DNA of 64,000 nucleotides from Chiloscyllium plagiosum. Lineage: Eukaryota. Under the pieces are notes generated by a model that was not told the DNA's origin, did not search any database, and was given only the letters and a program-made list of their open reading frames with translations. Location: the NCBI RefSeq assembly GCF_004010195.1, contig NC_057749.1:17781597-17845596 (forward strand). The letters are read 5' to 3'. Position numbers and translations under genes: made by a program. Below are positions 11,555 to 22,739 of this stretch, piece by piece (the first letter of the stretch is position 1; each line of letters opens with the position of its first letter).

Positions 11555-11912
11555 TTTTCTTATTACTCATTCACAGGATGAGAGTGTCACTGGCTGGGTC
11601 AGCATTGATTGGCCATTCCTAATTACCCAGAGGGCAGTTCAGAGTGAACCATATTGCTGTGGGTCTGGAGTCACGTGTAGGCCAGACCAGGTAAGGATGG
11701 AAGATTCCTTCCCTAAAGGACATTAGTGACCCAGATTGGTTTTCCCAAGAATCCACAATGGTCATCATGAGACTCTTAATTCCAGTTTTTTAGAAAATTG
11801 AATTCAAATTTGACCATCTGCCATGGCAGGATTCAAACCTGAGTTCCAGTGATATGACCTGGGTTCCTGGATTAACACTCCAACAATAATACCACTAGGC
11901 CATCAGTTCCCT
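11555..11912 (-). mobile_element. L2/Crack-superfamily LINE-related 3' repeat
   Basis: Same family as 35820-36125, 37710-38045 and 55510-55925 (cactggctgggccagcatt...gggtctggagtcacatgtaggccagaccaggtaaggatgg). Confidence 0.65.
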
Positions 11913-12978
11913 TTAAGTACCACCTTCAACAAAGCGATCTGACCTTGTCTTGCAAGAGGGGGTGTAGTGTACAGCGGGAAGGGCTGTGGTACATTTTGGA
12001 GTGACATCTTAATACCCTCTGCTTTTGCCTGGCTGAACAGAGATGAAATCCATGGAGATCACTGGCTATTAACTAAGTTTTGCTTTTAGATTGCTGTCAG
12101 CATGTATTAGTGGAAGCAAGCTGGGGAGAGAGGCTCCAACTCTGCACAAGCAGCAGGAGCAGTCATCAGGAACAAAGAAATGACTATGTTTTATTCACCA
12201 CCATCGTCCAATTGTAACTGGACTGAGATTACTTCAGAACCTGATATCGTTTAAGTTCTTGATGAAGGCACTAATTGCTACAGCACAGAGCAGATGATGC
12301 TCACAATGTTGCTTCACTCACTGTGACTGTAGCTGTTCAGCTGAATCGATCGATGAATCTGTTATAAGGTTTGAAGTTACTCCCTGCTTTGTAATGCTTC
12401 TAAAATCTATCTCTTTTTGTCGTGGGTTGTCGAGGTGTTTAATTAGTGTGGAGCCTGTGATGGCACATCCTCACCGTGTGCAGTCACTACGTCCCACTGA
12501 CAGCAAGGATGGGAGTCAAAAAGCAGGAAATGAGGTGGAGGAACGAATTCAGAGAGAGCCTTATCACTGACTGAGTGGTGACAAAAGGGAACAGGCATCT
12601 CCCTGACTTTCAGTGTGTCAGGGACATGCAGTAGGTCCCCAGGAAGATGGCAATGTAAATGAGGCCGAGAGACAATTAAATTGCTCTCCAGGGAAAGCAG
12701 GTGGAATGAACTGGCTTGGCTGGAAAGAGATAGGCTTATTGCCTCTAATAGCCTTTCCCGTCCTGAACAATTTTTGTTATTTTCTGTTACAGACAGCATT
12801 AGAGGTAAATATAAATTAAATGTTGCAATTATAAATGGGGACACAGAAATAGAATTCCCTGAATGTTCATACATTCAGACAATTGAAGATGTCCGAAATT
12901 GAAAAGCTATTTTTCTTTTAATTTGGTCAAGGAACCTTGGTCCTATAACCTGGAGTTGTCGAGGTTTTGCAAATGGCT

Positions 12979-13014
12979 GTTCTGAGGAGAGGTCACTCGG
13001 CCTGAAACGTTAAC
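12979..13014 (+). ncRNA. Minimal type I hammerhead ribozyme motif (PLE family D terminus, ~12975-13085)
   Basis: GTT-CTGAGGA-G-AGGTC-actc-GGCCT-GAAA-C-GTT-AAC: helix I GTT/AAC, helix II with one G-U pair, ACGT helix III. Followed by the PLE-like terminus ctccacagatgctgcc...ttccagca. Confidence 0.7.
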
Positions 13015-13169
13015 TTCGATTTCTCTCCACAGATGCTGCCAGGACCTGCCAAGCTGTTCCAGCAATTTCTAATTTTTGTCTTTGAAAATTATCGGGTCAT
13101 TTTCAAACAGAGGATTGCTTCCATATCTGGTTCCTGCACTTTAGAATGGGTCTTGAGACCTTCGAGAAG

Positions 13170-13620
13170 GGGAGGACAAGATTCCTCCAAGTGGGGCCAG
13201 GGCTCAGGCGTTTCAAATCCGTGGGGAGACTGGAGAAACTGGCTTTGTCCTCAGAGCAGGGAACGTTGAGGGGGTTTTCATTGAGATGTTCAAAATTGGG
13301 GGGACATTTTTGTAGAAAAAAATTGAAGAAAAAGCAAAAGGGTTTATCATCAGAGGAAACGGATTTCGATAATTAGCTGAAGAAAGCAGAGCGAGATGAG
13401 AATTTATTTTCACAGTGAGTCATTACGATGTGGAATATGCTGCATGAGGTGATGGAAGCAGATTCATTCGTAACCTTCAAAAGGAAATTGAATAAGATTT
13501 GCAAAACTACAGGGTCCTAGAGAAGGAGGAGGGGAATGTGGGACTAATTGGAGAGCTCTTTACAGCAGTCAGCACAGACCACAATGAGCTGAACTGTCTC
13601 ATCCTACCCTTATGATTCTG
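13170..13620 (+). mobile_element. Old CR1 LINE 3' end
   Basis: ORF 13146..13376 contains RLEKLALSSEQGTLRG, a degenerate RL..LGLFSLE.RRLRGDL, followed by a CR1 3'UTR. Confidence 0.7.
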
Positions 13621-13997
13621 GTTCACTGTTTATGAATTTTTACTGGCATTAAGAGTTCCATTTCACAGTCTTTGACAGCATTAAAGCATTTGTTTCTTGG
13701 AGATAGGGTGTATGAAATATAAGAGCATTGGGAGAGAAATTTACCAGTTGCTGACAGTCACCAACAGGGTATTGGTGAATACAGAAGATGGCTATTAGGG
13801 GTTGGAATAAAGCCAATGTGATACCTGATTCTGAAAGTAACACATACTGCTGAGTCTGTGCCTGTAACTGGAGAAGTAATGGAATAAATCAGAGTGAGGA
13901 AAGCTAAGATATGCTGTGCCAGTGTGGAGTGGTTTGTTAATAATTCTGTACAGCATCAGTACTGAGTGATACTCAAGCTTCCTAAAGTGCAAGTCAG

Positions 13998-14183
13998 AGA
14001 GTGAGGTCTGCAGATGCTGGAGATCAGAGCTGAAAATGTGTTGCTGGAAAAGCGCAGCAGGTCATACAGCATCCAGGGAACAGGAGAATCGGCGTTTCGG
14101 GCATAAGCCCTTCCCCCGTCGATTCTCCTGTTCCCTGGATGCTGCCTGACCTGCTGCGCTTTTCCAGCAACACATTTTCAGCT
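13998..14183. mobile_element. Palindromic mini-element built from PLE family A termini
   Basis: Arms at ~14028-14094 and ~14117-14183 are reverse complements. Direct repeat ctaaagtgca(a)gtcag starts at 13982 and 14182. Confidence 0.85.
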
Positions 14184-15297
14184 AAAGTGCAGTCAGGTCA
14201 GGGTTAGGGCTCTGCACCACTGCTGGCCATTTTAGCTTCATCCTCTCACCACCAGTGGTTATGGTTCCTTCTCATTTTAAAGTTGCCGGCAGAAATCTGG
14301 GAGACTGTGGAGTAAGATCAGTGGGTCCTGTTGGAAGAACTGAGATGCGATGTTTGCCTGATGTGAAACTTTCCTTCGACTAGCTACCTCCATACCTGGC
14401 CCACAGAGGTCTCACTAAAGTCCAAAAGTAGAATATACCCTCCATACACTAGCAAGGGCAATTAACACACTACACTCCTACCCAACCCTGCCATGTTCAC
14501 GGTCTGGCTAGAGATTCTGACAAGTTTACCCTATATTGCTGTTCAAGCTGCCTGTATTGCTAAACATTCTCCTAGTGTCACATCGCATTCATAATTCCTC
14601 GACTTGTCCTGACATTCCCAAGGGAACAGCTGTTAAGAGGAAAGTGGAGATTATCGAGCTCAGCATCAGTCTGTCAACACTGCCCCAAGACACTGCAGTG
14701 TGCCCTGTATCCCAACAGGAGGCACTGCTTTCAGACAAGGAGAGACATCAACTGGAGAGAGACCAAGGTGGATGGAATTGGTGTGCAAGGAGTGATATAC
14801 ATTTCCATTACCTGCTATTGAGACTCCTGGTCCGTTTTGGGATGGGGAGAGTTGGTTGGGGGGGGGAGGGAAGCTGGGAAATTGTAGGAGTGAGACTTGA
14901 GAGTAACTCATATGAACTATCAGGGTCCACTTGTTTAACTTGGGTGGAGTAGGGGTTGATCGTACATAGCATAGAGGTTTACAGAGGGAATTTGAGAGCT
15001 GAGGATCCAGGCAGATGAAGGCACACACTCTAACTGATTACATTCCGGGCTGCTCATGAGGCCAGAACTGAACAGCACTGAGGCTTGGGAGATTTGCGAG
15101 ATAGGGAAGGGTAGGGTCATGGAGATATTTGATAGAAAAGAATATCTAGCACCTTCCAGGATGTCCCAAAGCACTTCATAGCCAACCAACTGTTACAATT
15201 CCAGCAAACCACATGCTGCATACTGACATTGAATTATCAAATAGCCAATCGGAATGTTTTATGTAGGCTGCACAGTATAATATGGTGGTGTAGTGAC

Positions 15298-15496
15298 TGT
15301 AATGAGGTCAGTCAGTTAAACCTCATAGAATCTGAGTTCCCTGATTGGGGCTGTTAACTTTGCTCAATCAGGGAGCCCTGGCTGACAGATGAAAACAGTG
15401 AATGTCAGAGATATGATCCCAGGAATGTCTGACTCAGTAAGAGGCAATGCATTTGTAAATAAAGGGTGATTAGTGATGGCATGCCAGCCTCTGACA
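15298..15496 (+). mobile_element. Short gypsy-type solo LTR remnant
   Basis: Starts TGTAATGAGG, has an internal inverted repeat (tccctgattg/caatcaggga) and aataaa near 15458, and ends at the PLE junction. Confidence 0.5.
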
Positions 15497-16340
15497 TGTA
15501 TATAAGTTAGCTGGCTGAGCTGGAAGGTTTGTTTTCAGACGTTTCATCACCATAATAGATAACATCATCAGTGAGAGTCTCTGGTGAAGCGCTGGTGGTA
15601 TGTCCCCCTCTCTATTTATAGGTCTGGGTTTCTTAAGGTGGGTGATGTCATTTCCAGTTCTGTTTTTCAAGGGAAGGTAGATAGGGTCTAAACCAATGTG
15701 TTTATTGATGGAGCTCTGGTTAGAATGCCACGCCTCTAAGAATTCTCATGTGTGTCTTTGTTTCACCTGTCCCAGGATGTGAGTGTTGTCCCAGTCAAAG
15801 CAGTGTCCTTCTTTGACTGTATGTATGGAAACTAGCGATAGTGGGTCATGTCGTTTGGTGACCAGTTGGTGTTCATGTATCCTGGTGGCAAGTGTCCTGC
15901 TAGATTGTCCGATGTAGTGTTTCTTACAGTTCTTGTATGGTACCTTTTAAATGACGGTAGTTTTGTTGGTCGTATCTAATGGATCCTTTAGGCTCATTAA
16001 TCACTGTCTAAGTGTGTTGGTAGGTTTGTGGGCTACCACGGTGCCAAGGGATCTGAGTAATCTGGAAGTCATTTCTGATATGTCTTTGATGTAAGGTAAT
16101 GTGGCTGTAGTGTTTGGTTGTGTTGGGTCTGCTTGTTTGGGTTTGTTTCTGAGGAATCGGTGGATTGTGTTTATTGGGTACCCATTTTTCTTGAGAATGT
16201 TGTATCGATATTTTTCTTCTGATGTTTGTAGTTCTTGGGTGCTGCAGTATGATGTAGCTCATTGAAATAATATCTGATGCAGCTCCGTTTGTGGATATTG
16301 GGATGATTGCTTCTGAAGGTAAGTATTTGGTCTGTCTCAT
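15497..16340 (-). mobile_element. Penelope-like element (family C, Poseidon-like) 3' portion
   Basis: TDQILTFRSNHP..HKRSCIR (RT thumb) and KNCKKHYIGQS..LATRIHEH..GHCFDWDN (GIY-YIG) across frameshifted frames; terminus with a hammerhead motif. Confidence 0.88.
15535..15574 (-). ncRNA. Minimal type I hammerhead ribozyme motif (PLE family C)
   Basis: Minus strand TCA-CTGATGA-T-GTTATC-tattat-GGTGAT-GAAA-C-GTC-TGA: helix I TCA/TGA, 6-bp helix II with G-U pairs, GUC triplet. Confidence 0.78.
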
Positions 16341-17269
16341 TTTCTTTAAAATCGCCTTCTTTGGAAATGATATGATGAACCTTGGTAATCCTAAGATGGG
16401 GCTTGAATGGGTATTTTCTGTCCAAAGATAGAGACATTACCACTACACCATGATGCGCCTCTGTTTGGTGAAAGTTTGACTATCGGTTATAAGATGGTAT
16501 CCCTTTCATCCACTATTTCAACAGAACTGTTGTTGATCAATAATTCCTGCCCCTTCATCAGCTCGTTCAAGCTTGGACAGGGATTTCAATTCCAACTGGG
16601 ACTGTCAAATACAAAGAACTAACTGCTGGTTAGATTTACATCTTTAAACTTCCTGTAGAAGGCGAGGAACCCAGGTTTGGAAGTCCTGGAAAAAAAGCAA
16701 GTTCTGAGGAAGGGTCACTGGACTCAAAACATTAACTCTGATTTCCCTCCACAGATACTTCAGTCACATAATCCTCACTGTGATCAAACAGACTCTTCCC
16801 AAACCTCCAATATTTTAATAACCAACAAAGGAGTGTTCAAAGGGAATAATGTTAATATGTCGCTGATTGTTCCCCCCAGACCCTCCAAACAGTATCACGG
16901 AGATTAATCTGTTGATTCATCAAGACTCTATGACAATCTTGGATGGCTGGTCATTCCGGTAAATGTACAAACTTAGCTGTGAATTGTTGTATGAACAACT
17001 CAGTAAATTAAAACTGCAAGTTGCTGGACTATGCCTTGAGCAAGGAACAATCTTACTATCCATTCTGTTCCCCGGTCACACCCCTATTCCATACCTGGAA
17101 GGGAGAAAGAGTAAAACTCTGGGGAATGAGACAGTTCATTGTCAATGGAACCCATCCACATCAGATCTGGTCAACAATGTGTTTGAGACTGGAATCTAAT
17201 CATATCTTTCATGTGGTTTCACAGTTAAAATGCAAAGCTTCTGTCACCATCTCTGCATCTTGTAGATGG

Positions 17270-17610
17270 TACACGCTGCAGCTCCTGAGCGTCGGTGGTG
17301 GAGGGAGCGGATGCTTGTGGATGTGGTGCCAATCAAGCGGCTGCTTTGTCCTGGATGGCATCAAGCTTCTTGAGTGTTGTTAGAGCTGCCCCCATCCAGG
17401 CAAGTGGGGAGTATTCCATCCCACTCCTGTCTTGTGCCTTGGAGATGGTGGACGGGCTTTGGGGAGTCAGGAGGTGAGTTACTTGTTGCAGGGTTCCTAG
17501 TCTCTGACCTGCTCTTGCAGGCATAGTATTGATATGGCTGATCCAGTCGAGTTTCTGGTCAATGGTAACCCCCAGGATGTCGATTCAGTGATGGGAACAC
17601 CATTGAATGA
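17270..17610 (-). mobile_element. L2/Crack-superfamily LINE RT C-terminal fragment
   Basis: ORF 17333..17524 HLLTPQSPSTISKAQDRSGMEYSPLAWMGAALTTLKKLDAIQDKAA matches the non-LTR RT motif YK..VRS.MEY....W. Confidence 0.75.
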
Positions 17611-17759
17611 CAACGGGAAAATAATTAGCATCAGCCTCCACTCTCCAGACTTAAATAGAACAGTGGAGGTGTCCCCAACCCTGTTTAATAAAGTCCACCC
17701 CCCATCAAACTGGCATCAGAGGGCAATTGTGTGGATTGAGGCAGGATGAATGATTTGTT

Positions 17760-18235
17760 TTGATTATTATTGTCACATGTACCTAAGTATGGTGAAAAGT
17801 TTTGATTTGCATGCAGTACATGCAGACCATAACGCACAAAGCTCACAGGGCAACAGAACAGAGTGACAAATACAAAGTTACGGCTGCAAGGAAGGTGCTT
17901 TTAAAGCAAGATCAACATTGGATTTCAAATTGGAGAGGTCCAGACAGAAGTCTAAGAAGCTGTTCTTGAACATTTTGATGCGTCTGTTTAAGCTTCTGTA
18001 TCTGCTGCTGATGCAAGAGGCTGTATGGGATCATTACTGGGGTGAGGGGGGGGTCTCTTTGATGATGTTCACAGCCTTTCCACTGCAACAAGCTGTGTAA
18101 ATGGAGTCCATGGATGGGAGGTTGGCTTCTGTGATGGTCTGGGCACTGCACACCACCTTCTGTAGTTTACTTACAGTCCTGGGCAGAGCAGTTACCGTAC
18201 CAAGCCATGATACATCCTGATAAATTGCTTTCTAT
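17760..18235 (-). mobile_element. Rex1/Babar-like LINE (host of the LTR insertion; resumes at 25250-25290)
   Basis: Homologous to 33425-34080 and 50030-50760. The sequence ...ttgctttctat|ggcacacccataaatgttgg rejoins across the LTR element (compare tgtctatggtgcatctacaaaaattgg at 50461). Confidence 0.82.
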
Positions 18236-18924
18236 TGTTATGAAGATGTGGGCGTATTGTACCTTTAAGAGAGTTAAAAGCTAGTGAACTACCAGACAGC
18301 ACCAGGTGTTCTGAAAAAAAAGACAATGTAATACTCGGTTGAACAATTCGATTAACTGGTTGCTTGGAGACAAAAACAAATTTGAATTTAGCTAATCAGT
18401 TTAAATTATACCCAAAATACCAACCTCCAATCAGGTTAAATCGGTTTATTGCTATCTTAAAAGCCAATGACACAATCCGATGCGTTGGGGGGTATAAGAC
18501 CGGGGAAAATTGAACAGTTGGGAGGAGAACTACCATGCCACCAGATTGTAGAGACTACCTGAAAAATAGCTCTCTTAAAGGTACCTTTATCAATGAGTAA
18601 CCTGTGAAATAGAATCCCCAAGATGAAGAAAAAAAGACAGGAATACAGAGAAGAACCGAAAGCCGCCTGATTTTGAGATAAGAAGTTTTGTTTTGTAAAT
18701 CTTAATCGGGAGTTTTATCAGACCAGTATTTAGAAGAGAAAGTAAAAGATAGGTTAGAGGAAGGAGTTGTAAATAGTTGTTAGTTAATTATTCTCTGTTA
18801 TACTTTAAGAAATAAAGTTGTTACTTCTACTTTAACTAGGTTTTGGCCTCTTGAATTTTCACAGATTACTGTGCGTGATAAATCTTTTGTGTGTTGCTGG
18901 TTTTAAATTAAGCAGGAGGGTTTA
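18236..18924 (+). repeat. 5' LTR (last ~15 bp deleted)
   Basis: Colinear with 24572-25249, with TATAA at 18493 and AATAAA at 18811. Similarity to the 3' LTR stops after agcaggagggttta. Confidence 0.93.
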
Positions 18925-18929
18925 TCTCT

Positions 18930-18941
18930 CGGGATTTGAAC
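18930..18941 (+). promoter_or_regulatory. Remnant of tRNA-Pro primer binding site
   Basis: CGGGATTTGAAC is part of the reverse complement of the tRNA-Pro 3' region (TGGGGGCTCGTCCGGGATTTGAAC) and lies directly after the 5' LTR. Confidence 0.7.
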
Positions 18942-19094
18942 TGGTTTAGACAGATTTGAATAGATTTGGGGGTATGAAAAAAGCCAGCAGATTTAAACAC
19001 TTGCAGGTTAGTGTCCTAGATCTTTAAATAAAATGTAGGTGAGACAACTTGTTTAATTTTGGTAACTTGGGGTTGATTAAATTAAAAGTGAGAG

Positions 19095-20745
19095 AAATCA
19101 CTCTTAAAATTGCTAAAGAGGTTCTGGGGTTTGACGGTGATTCTCAAATTTACTAAGAAAGTTTAGAAGGAAAGAAAAAGGCCATACTTTTAGAATTAAC
19201 AAGTAAGCTGGATTTGTGTTCAACCAAGGCCAAAAGTAAAGCTGAATTTGTAAGGGAGTTATTCAAACACTTGGGTGTGTCAGAGAAACAGACAAGTGCA
19301 GTAGAGGTAGAAAAACTTAAATTGTAATTGAGGAAAATGGAGTTAGAAGATAAACAAAGAGTGACAGAAAGGAAAAAGAGATGGAAAGAGAAATATAGAG
19401 AGAAGAGAGAGAGATAGAGGAAAAGAGAGAGAGAGAGAAGGTTCTTGGCTGAGCAAAGAGAGAGAGAGAAGAAAGGGAGACACAAAAAGAGAGAGAATTT
19501 GAACTTGAGAAGTTGCGACTTAGTCAGCAAAGTCAAATTAACAGGATTGAGATTAAAAGAGAAGTTAGTGATATATATAAATATGTCAAAAACTCTGCCA
19601 TATTTTGATGAGAAAGATGTTGAAGTGTTCTTTGTTTCATTTGAAAAATTGGCGAGGCAGATGGAGTGGTCCGAAGATTTATGGGTAATGCTAGTTCAGA
19701 CTAAACTGGTCGGCAGAGCTAGTGAGTATTTACCACATTATCAGATGAGGAGTCAAGAGATTATGAGGAGGTTAAACAGGCTGTTTTAAGTACTTATGAA
19801 TTGGTACCAGAAGCATATAGACAGCGGTTCAGAAACATAAAGAAGGATCCAGGTCAGTTTGGAAAAATTATGTTGAGTTTGAAAAAATTAAACATAGTCA
19901 TTTTGACCGATGGGTGCGTGCTTTGAAAATAGATAGGACCTTTGAGGCTCTATGAGAGATTATTCTGCTGGAGGAATTTAAAAACTCACTTCCAGAGATG
20001 TTAAGAATTCACGTGGATGAACAGAAAGTTCAGGGAGTGAGAAGGGCAGCAGAACTAGCAGGTGAGTACTTGTTGGTGCATAAGACAAGTTTTCGGCCAG
20101 AGTTTCGTCCTGTGAGGGATAGAAGTTGGGAGAAGGGGAGATCCTACACTACACTGGGCGGCACGGTGGCATAGTGGGCGGCACGGTGGCACAGTGGTTA
20201 GCACTGCTGCCTCACAGCACCAGAGACCCGGGTTCAATTCCTGCCTCAGGCGACTGACTGTGTGGAGTTTGCACGTTCTCCCCGTGTCTGCGTGGGTTTC
20301 CTCCGGGTGCTCCGGTTTCCTCCCACACTCCAAAGATGTGCAGGTCAGGTGAATTGGCCATACTAAATTACCCGTAGTGTTAGGTAAGGGGTAAATGTAG
20401 GGGGTATGGGTGGGTTGCGCCTCGGCGGGTCGGTGTGGACTTGTTGGGCCGTAGGGCCTGTTTCCACACTGTAATGTAATCTAAATCTAAAATCAAGAAT
20501 AGAGAACACTGTTAGGAGTTTACCACAGGATAAAAAAGAAGCCCAAGAGGGTGGAAAGGAGTTGAAAGGCCTCAGGTGTTTCCTCTGTGGTAAAGTGGGA
20601 CACGTAAAGTCACAGCGTTGGTCATTAAAGAAAGGCACTGTGGGAAAAGATGTGGTAAAAGAAGCTAAGCTAGTGGCATTAGTGACGGTAGTAAAGGAGA
20701 CTCCAAGGAGACCCGAGGAGCTGCAGGAGAGTGCAGACTAGTCGG
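19095..20745 (+). pseudogene. gag: gag (coiled-coil, capsid with SCAN-like segment, CCHC knuckle), disrupted
   Basis: Motifs LPYFDEKDVEVFFVSFEKLARQMEW, LVPEAYRQRFRN (19801-19836) and EIILLEEFKNSLPEMLRIHVDEQK. The knuckle CFLCGKVGHVKSQR at 20577-20618 has its last Cys changed to Arg. Stops, frameshifts and a SINE insertion are present. Confidence 0.88.
20156..20490 (+). mobile_element. HE1-type V-SINE inserted in gag, with duplicated 5' end
   Basis: tRNA-like A box (tggcacagtggttagc) and B box (ggttcaattcc), V-domain gtgtggagtttgcacgttctccccgtgtctgcgtgggtttcctccggg, and (TAATC)-type tail. Confidence 0.95.
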
Positions 20746-20789
20746 GGCTGGATATATGGTTAGTACCTGATCTCTACAAAGAATTCGCC

Positions 20790-21110
20790 TCTGAGGATAA
20801 TGTTTACTCAGAAAGAACAGGAGAACAAGGACAAGAAGTTATAATTTTGAGAGATACAGGATCTAACCAGTCGCTGATAGTAAGAGATGAGCGAATATGC
20901 ACTCTTTCTGATCCGTTACCCGGGAATGTGATCATTTGTGGAATAGATGGACAGAAATTGGACATTCTCCTATGTAAGATCAGGTTGGAGTGCCAACTTA
21001 AGACGGGGGAAATTACAGTGGAAGTGATTGACAGAATGTCAGTTCCAGGAAATCGGTTTGTTCTTGGGAATGATTTGGCAGGATCCGCGGTGGAAGTGAC
21101 ACCCCTTGTT
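20790..21110 (+). pseudogene. pol: Aspartic protease domain of pol
   Basis: IILRDTGSNQSL (DTG catalytic motif) and FVLGNDL in ORF 20847..21443. Confidence 0.9.
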
Positions 21111-21529
21111 GTGGAGAAGCCCAAGGAAGACCACGAAAATGAGAAGTTAAAACAGAAATATCCTGGTATTTTCCCAGACTGTGTGGTAACCAGATCTCAC
21201 TATCATAAGTCACAGCACGAAGTGAAAAGTAAAGAGAAAGATAAAGGAATTGAGGTTCAGTTAGCGGACACCCTGTTTGACGTAATGGTGCAGGAAAAAC
21301 TTGAACAGGCAGAGGGTCAGACAGAAGTGCTTACTCCTGAAAGACTAAGAGACTTGCAACATCAAGACAAGATGATAGAAGATATATATGTGGATGCATA
21401 CTCTGAAAAGGAGGAGAAAATATGCTGGAGGGTTATTATCTGAAAGATAAAATCCTAAGACAGAAGTGGAGACCATGGCAGGTTAGTGCAGAGGAGAAAT
21501 GGGCCAAAGTGCACCAGATTGTGTTGCTA

Positions 21530-22540
21530 GTAGCGTACAGACAGGTGGTGTTATGGGTAGCACATGAGCTACCTGTAGGAGGTCACCTAGGGGCACGAAA
21601 GACTCAGGCTAAGGTACAAAAACATTTTTATTGGCCTGGGATGCACAAGGATGTGGCTAACTTTTGCCGTACGTGTCATACATGCCAAGACGGTAATAAA
21701 ACCAGCCCCTTTGTTGCCAATTCCCGCATTTGAAGAACCTTTCACACGGGTTATAATTGATTGTGTAGGTCCCCTCCAGAGACCAATACTTGTTAACCAT
21801 AATGGATGTGCCTACCACAATTCCATTATGGAGTATCAAGGCAAAAAGGGTGGCAGAGGAGTTAGTAGCTTTCTTCACATGGCGTGGGCTACCCAGAGAG
21901 ATTCAGTTGGACCAAGGGTCTAATTTTACTGCTAGGCTGTTTAAGGAGGTTATGGATAGCTTAGGTATACAGCACTTTAAATCCAGTGCATATCATCCTG
22001 AATCCCAGGGAGCTTTAGAAAGATGGCACCAGGCCTTGAAAACCATGTTGAGAGCATACTGTCAGGATTACCCGAATGACTGGGATAAAGGTAACCCATT
22101 TGTAGTGTTTGGCATTAGGGATGCCCCAAATGAATCTACTCAGTTCACTCCCTTTGAGTTAATATTCAGTCATGAAGTGAGAGGCCCTTTGAAATTGATG
22201 AAAGAAAAATTGACAGGACCAAAGTTGGAGACATCTCACACTTAGTCTCTCCCTCACCTCTGATACATAATCTAAATCGGTGAGTTAGCTAATCAGTCCC
22301 TAAACAGGGCACAGTATAGAATGAAGCAGTTGGCAGATAAAAGCTCTGAGACTCAGATGTTTTCCTGAGGGGATGGTGTATTAATAATGTTACAAGTGAT
22401 AGGAGATCCCTTCAAAGCCAGGTTTAGTCATCCCTATCAAATTGAGAAAACGCTGAGTCAGGTGAACTATCTAGTAAAGATGCCAGATAGAAGAAAAAAG
22501 GTATCAGTTATATCATGTGAACATGTTAAAACCATATTGT
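21530..22540 (+). pseudogene. pol: Integrase domain of pol (upstream of RT)
   Basis: HHCC motif AHELPVGGHLG...CRTCHTCQ, DDE core IIDCVGPL / IQLDQGSNF / HPESQGALERWH, and GPY/F-like RFSHPYQI; frameshifted. Confidence 0.93.
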
Positions 22541-22739
22541 ACTGGAGAGAAAGAATTGGAGAAACAGGTGTTAGTTACTGCCCCACAGAGTGAGGAATCA
22601 AATCCAGATGATGTGGATGTTGATGTGCCTCAAAATGGAGTTAAAAATGAAGATGTCCTTGAGGAATGGGATGGGTTAGTAAGCTATCTGTCTCAGGAGA
22701 ATAGAACACAGTTAAAGATTTGCTACTGCAGTACAAGGA

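Noticed and set aside
16700..16738. Additional hammerhead (family D-like)
   Set aside because: The GAAA core is mutated (caaaacatt) and the stem is disrupted; it counts only as a dead relic.
20156..20250. tRNA gene (A and B boxes)
   Set aside because: It is the tRNA-derived head of an HE1 SINE, continuing into the V-domain and LINE-type tail; the same holds for the other copies.
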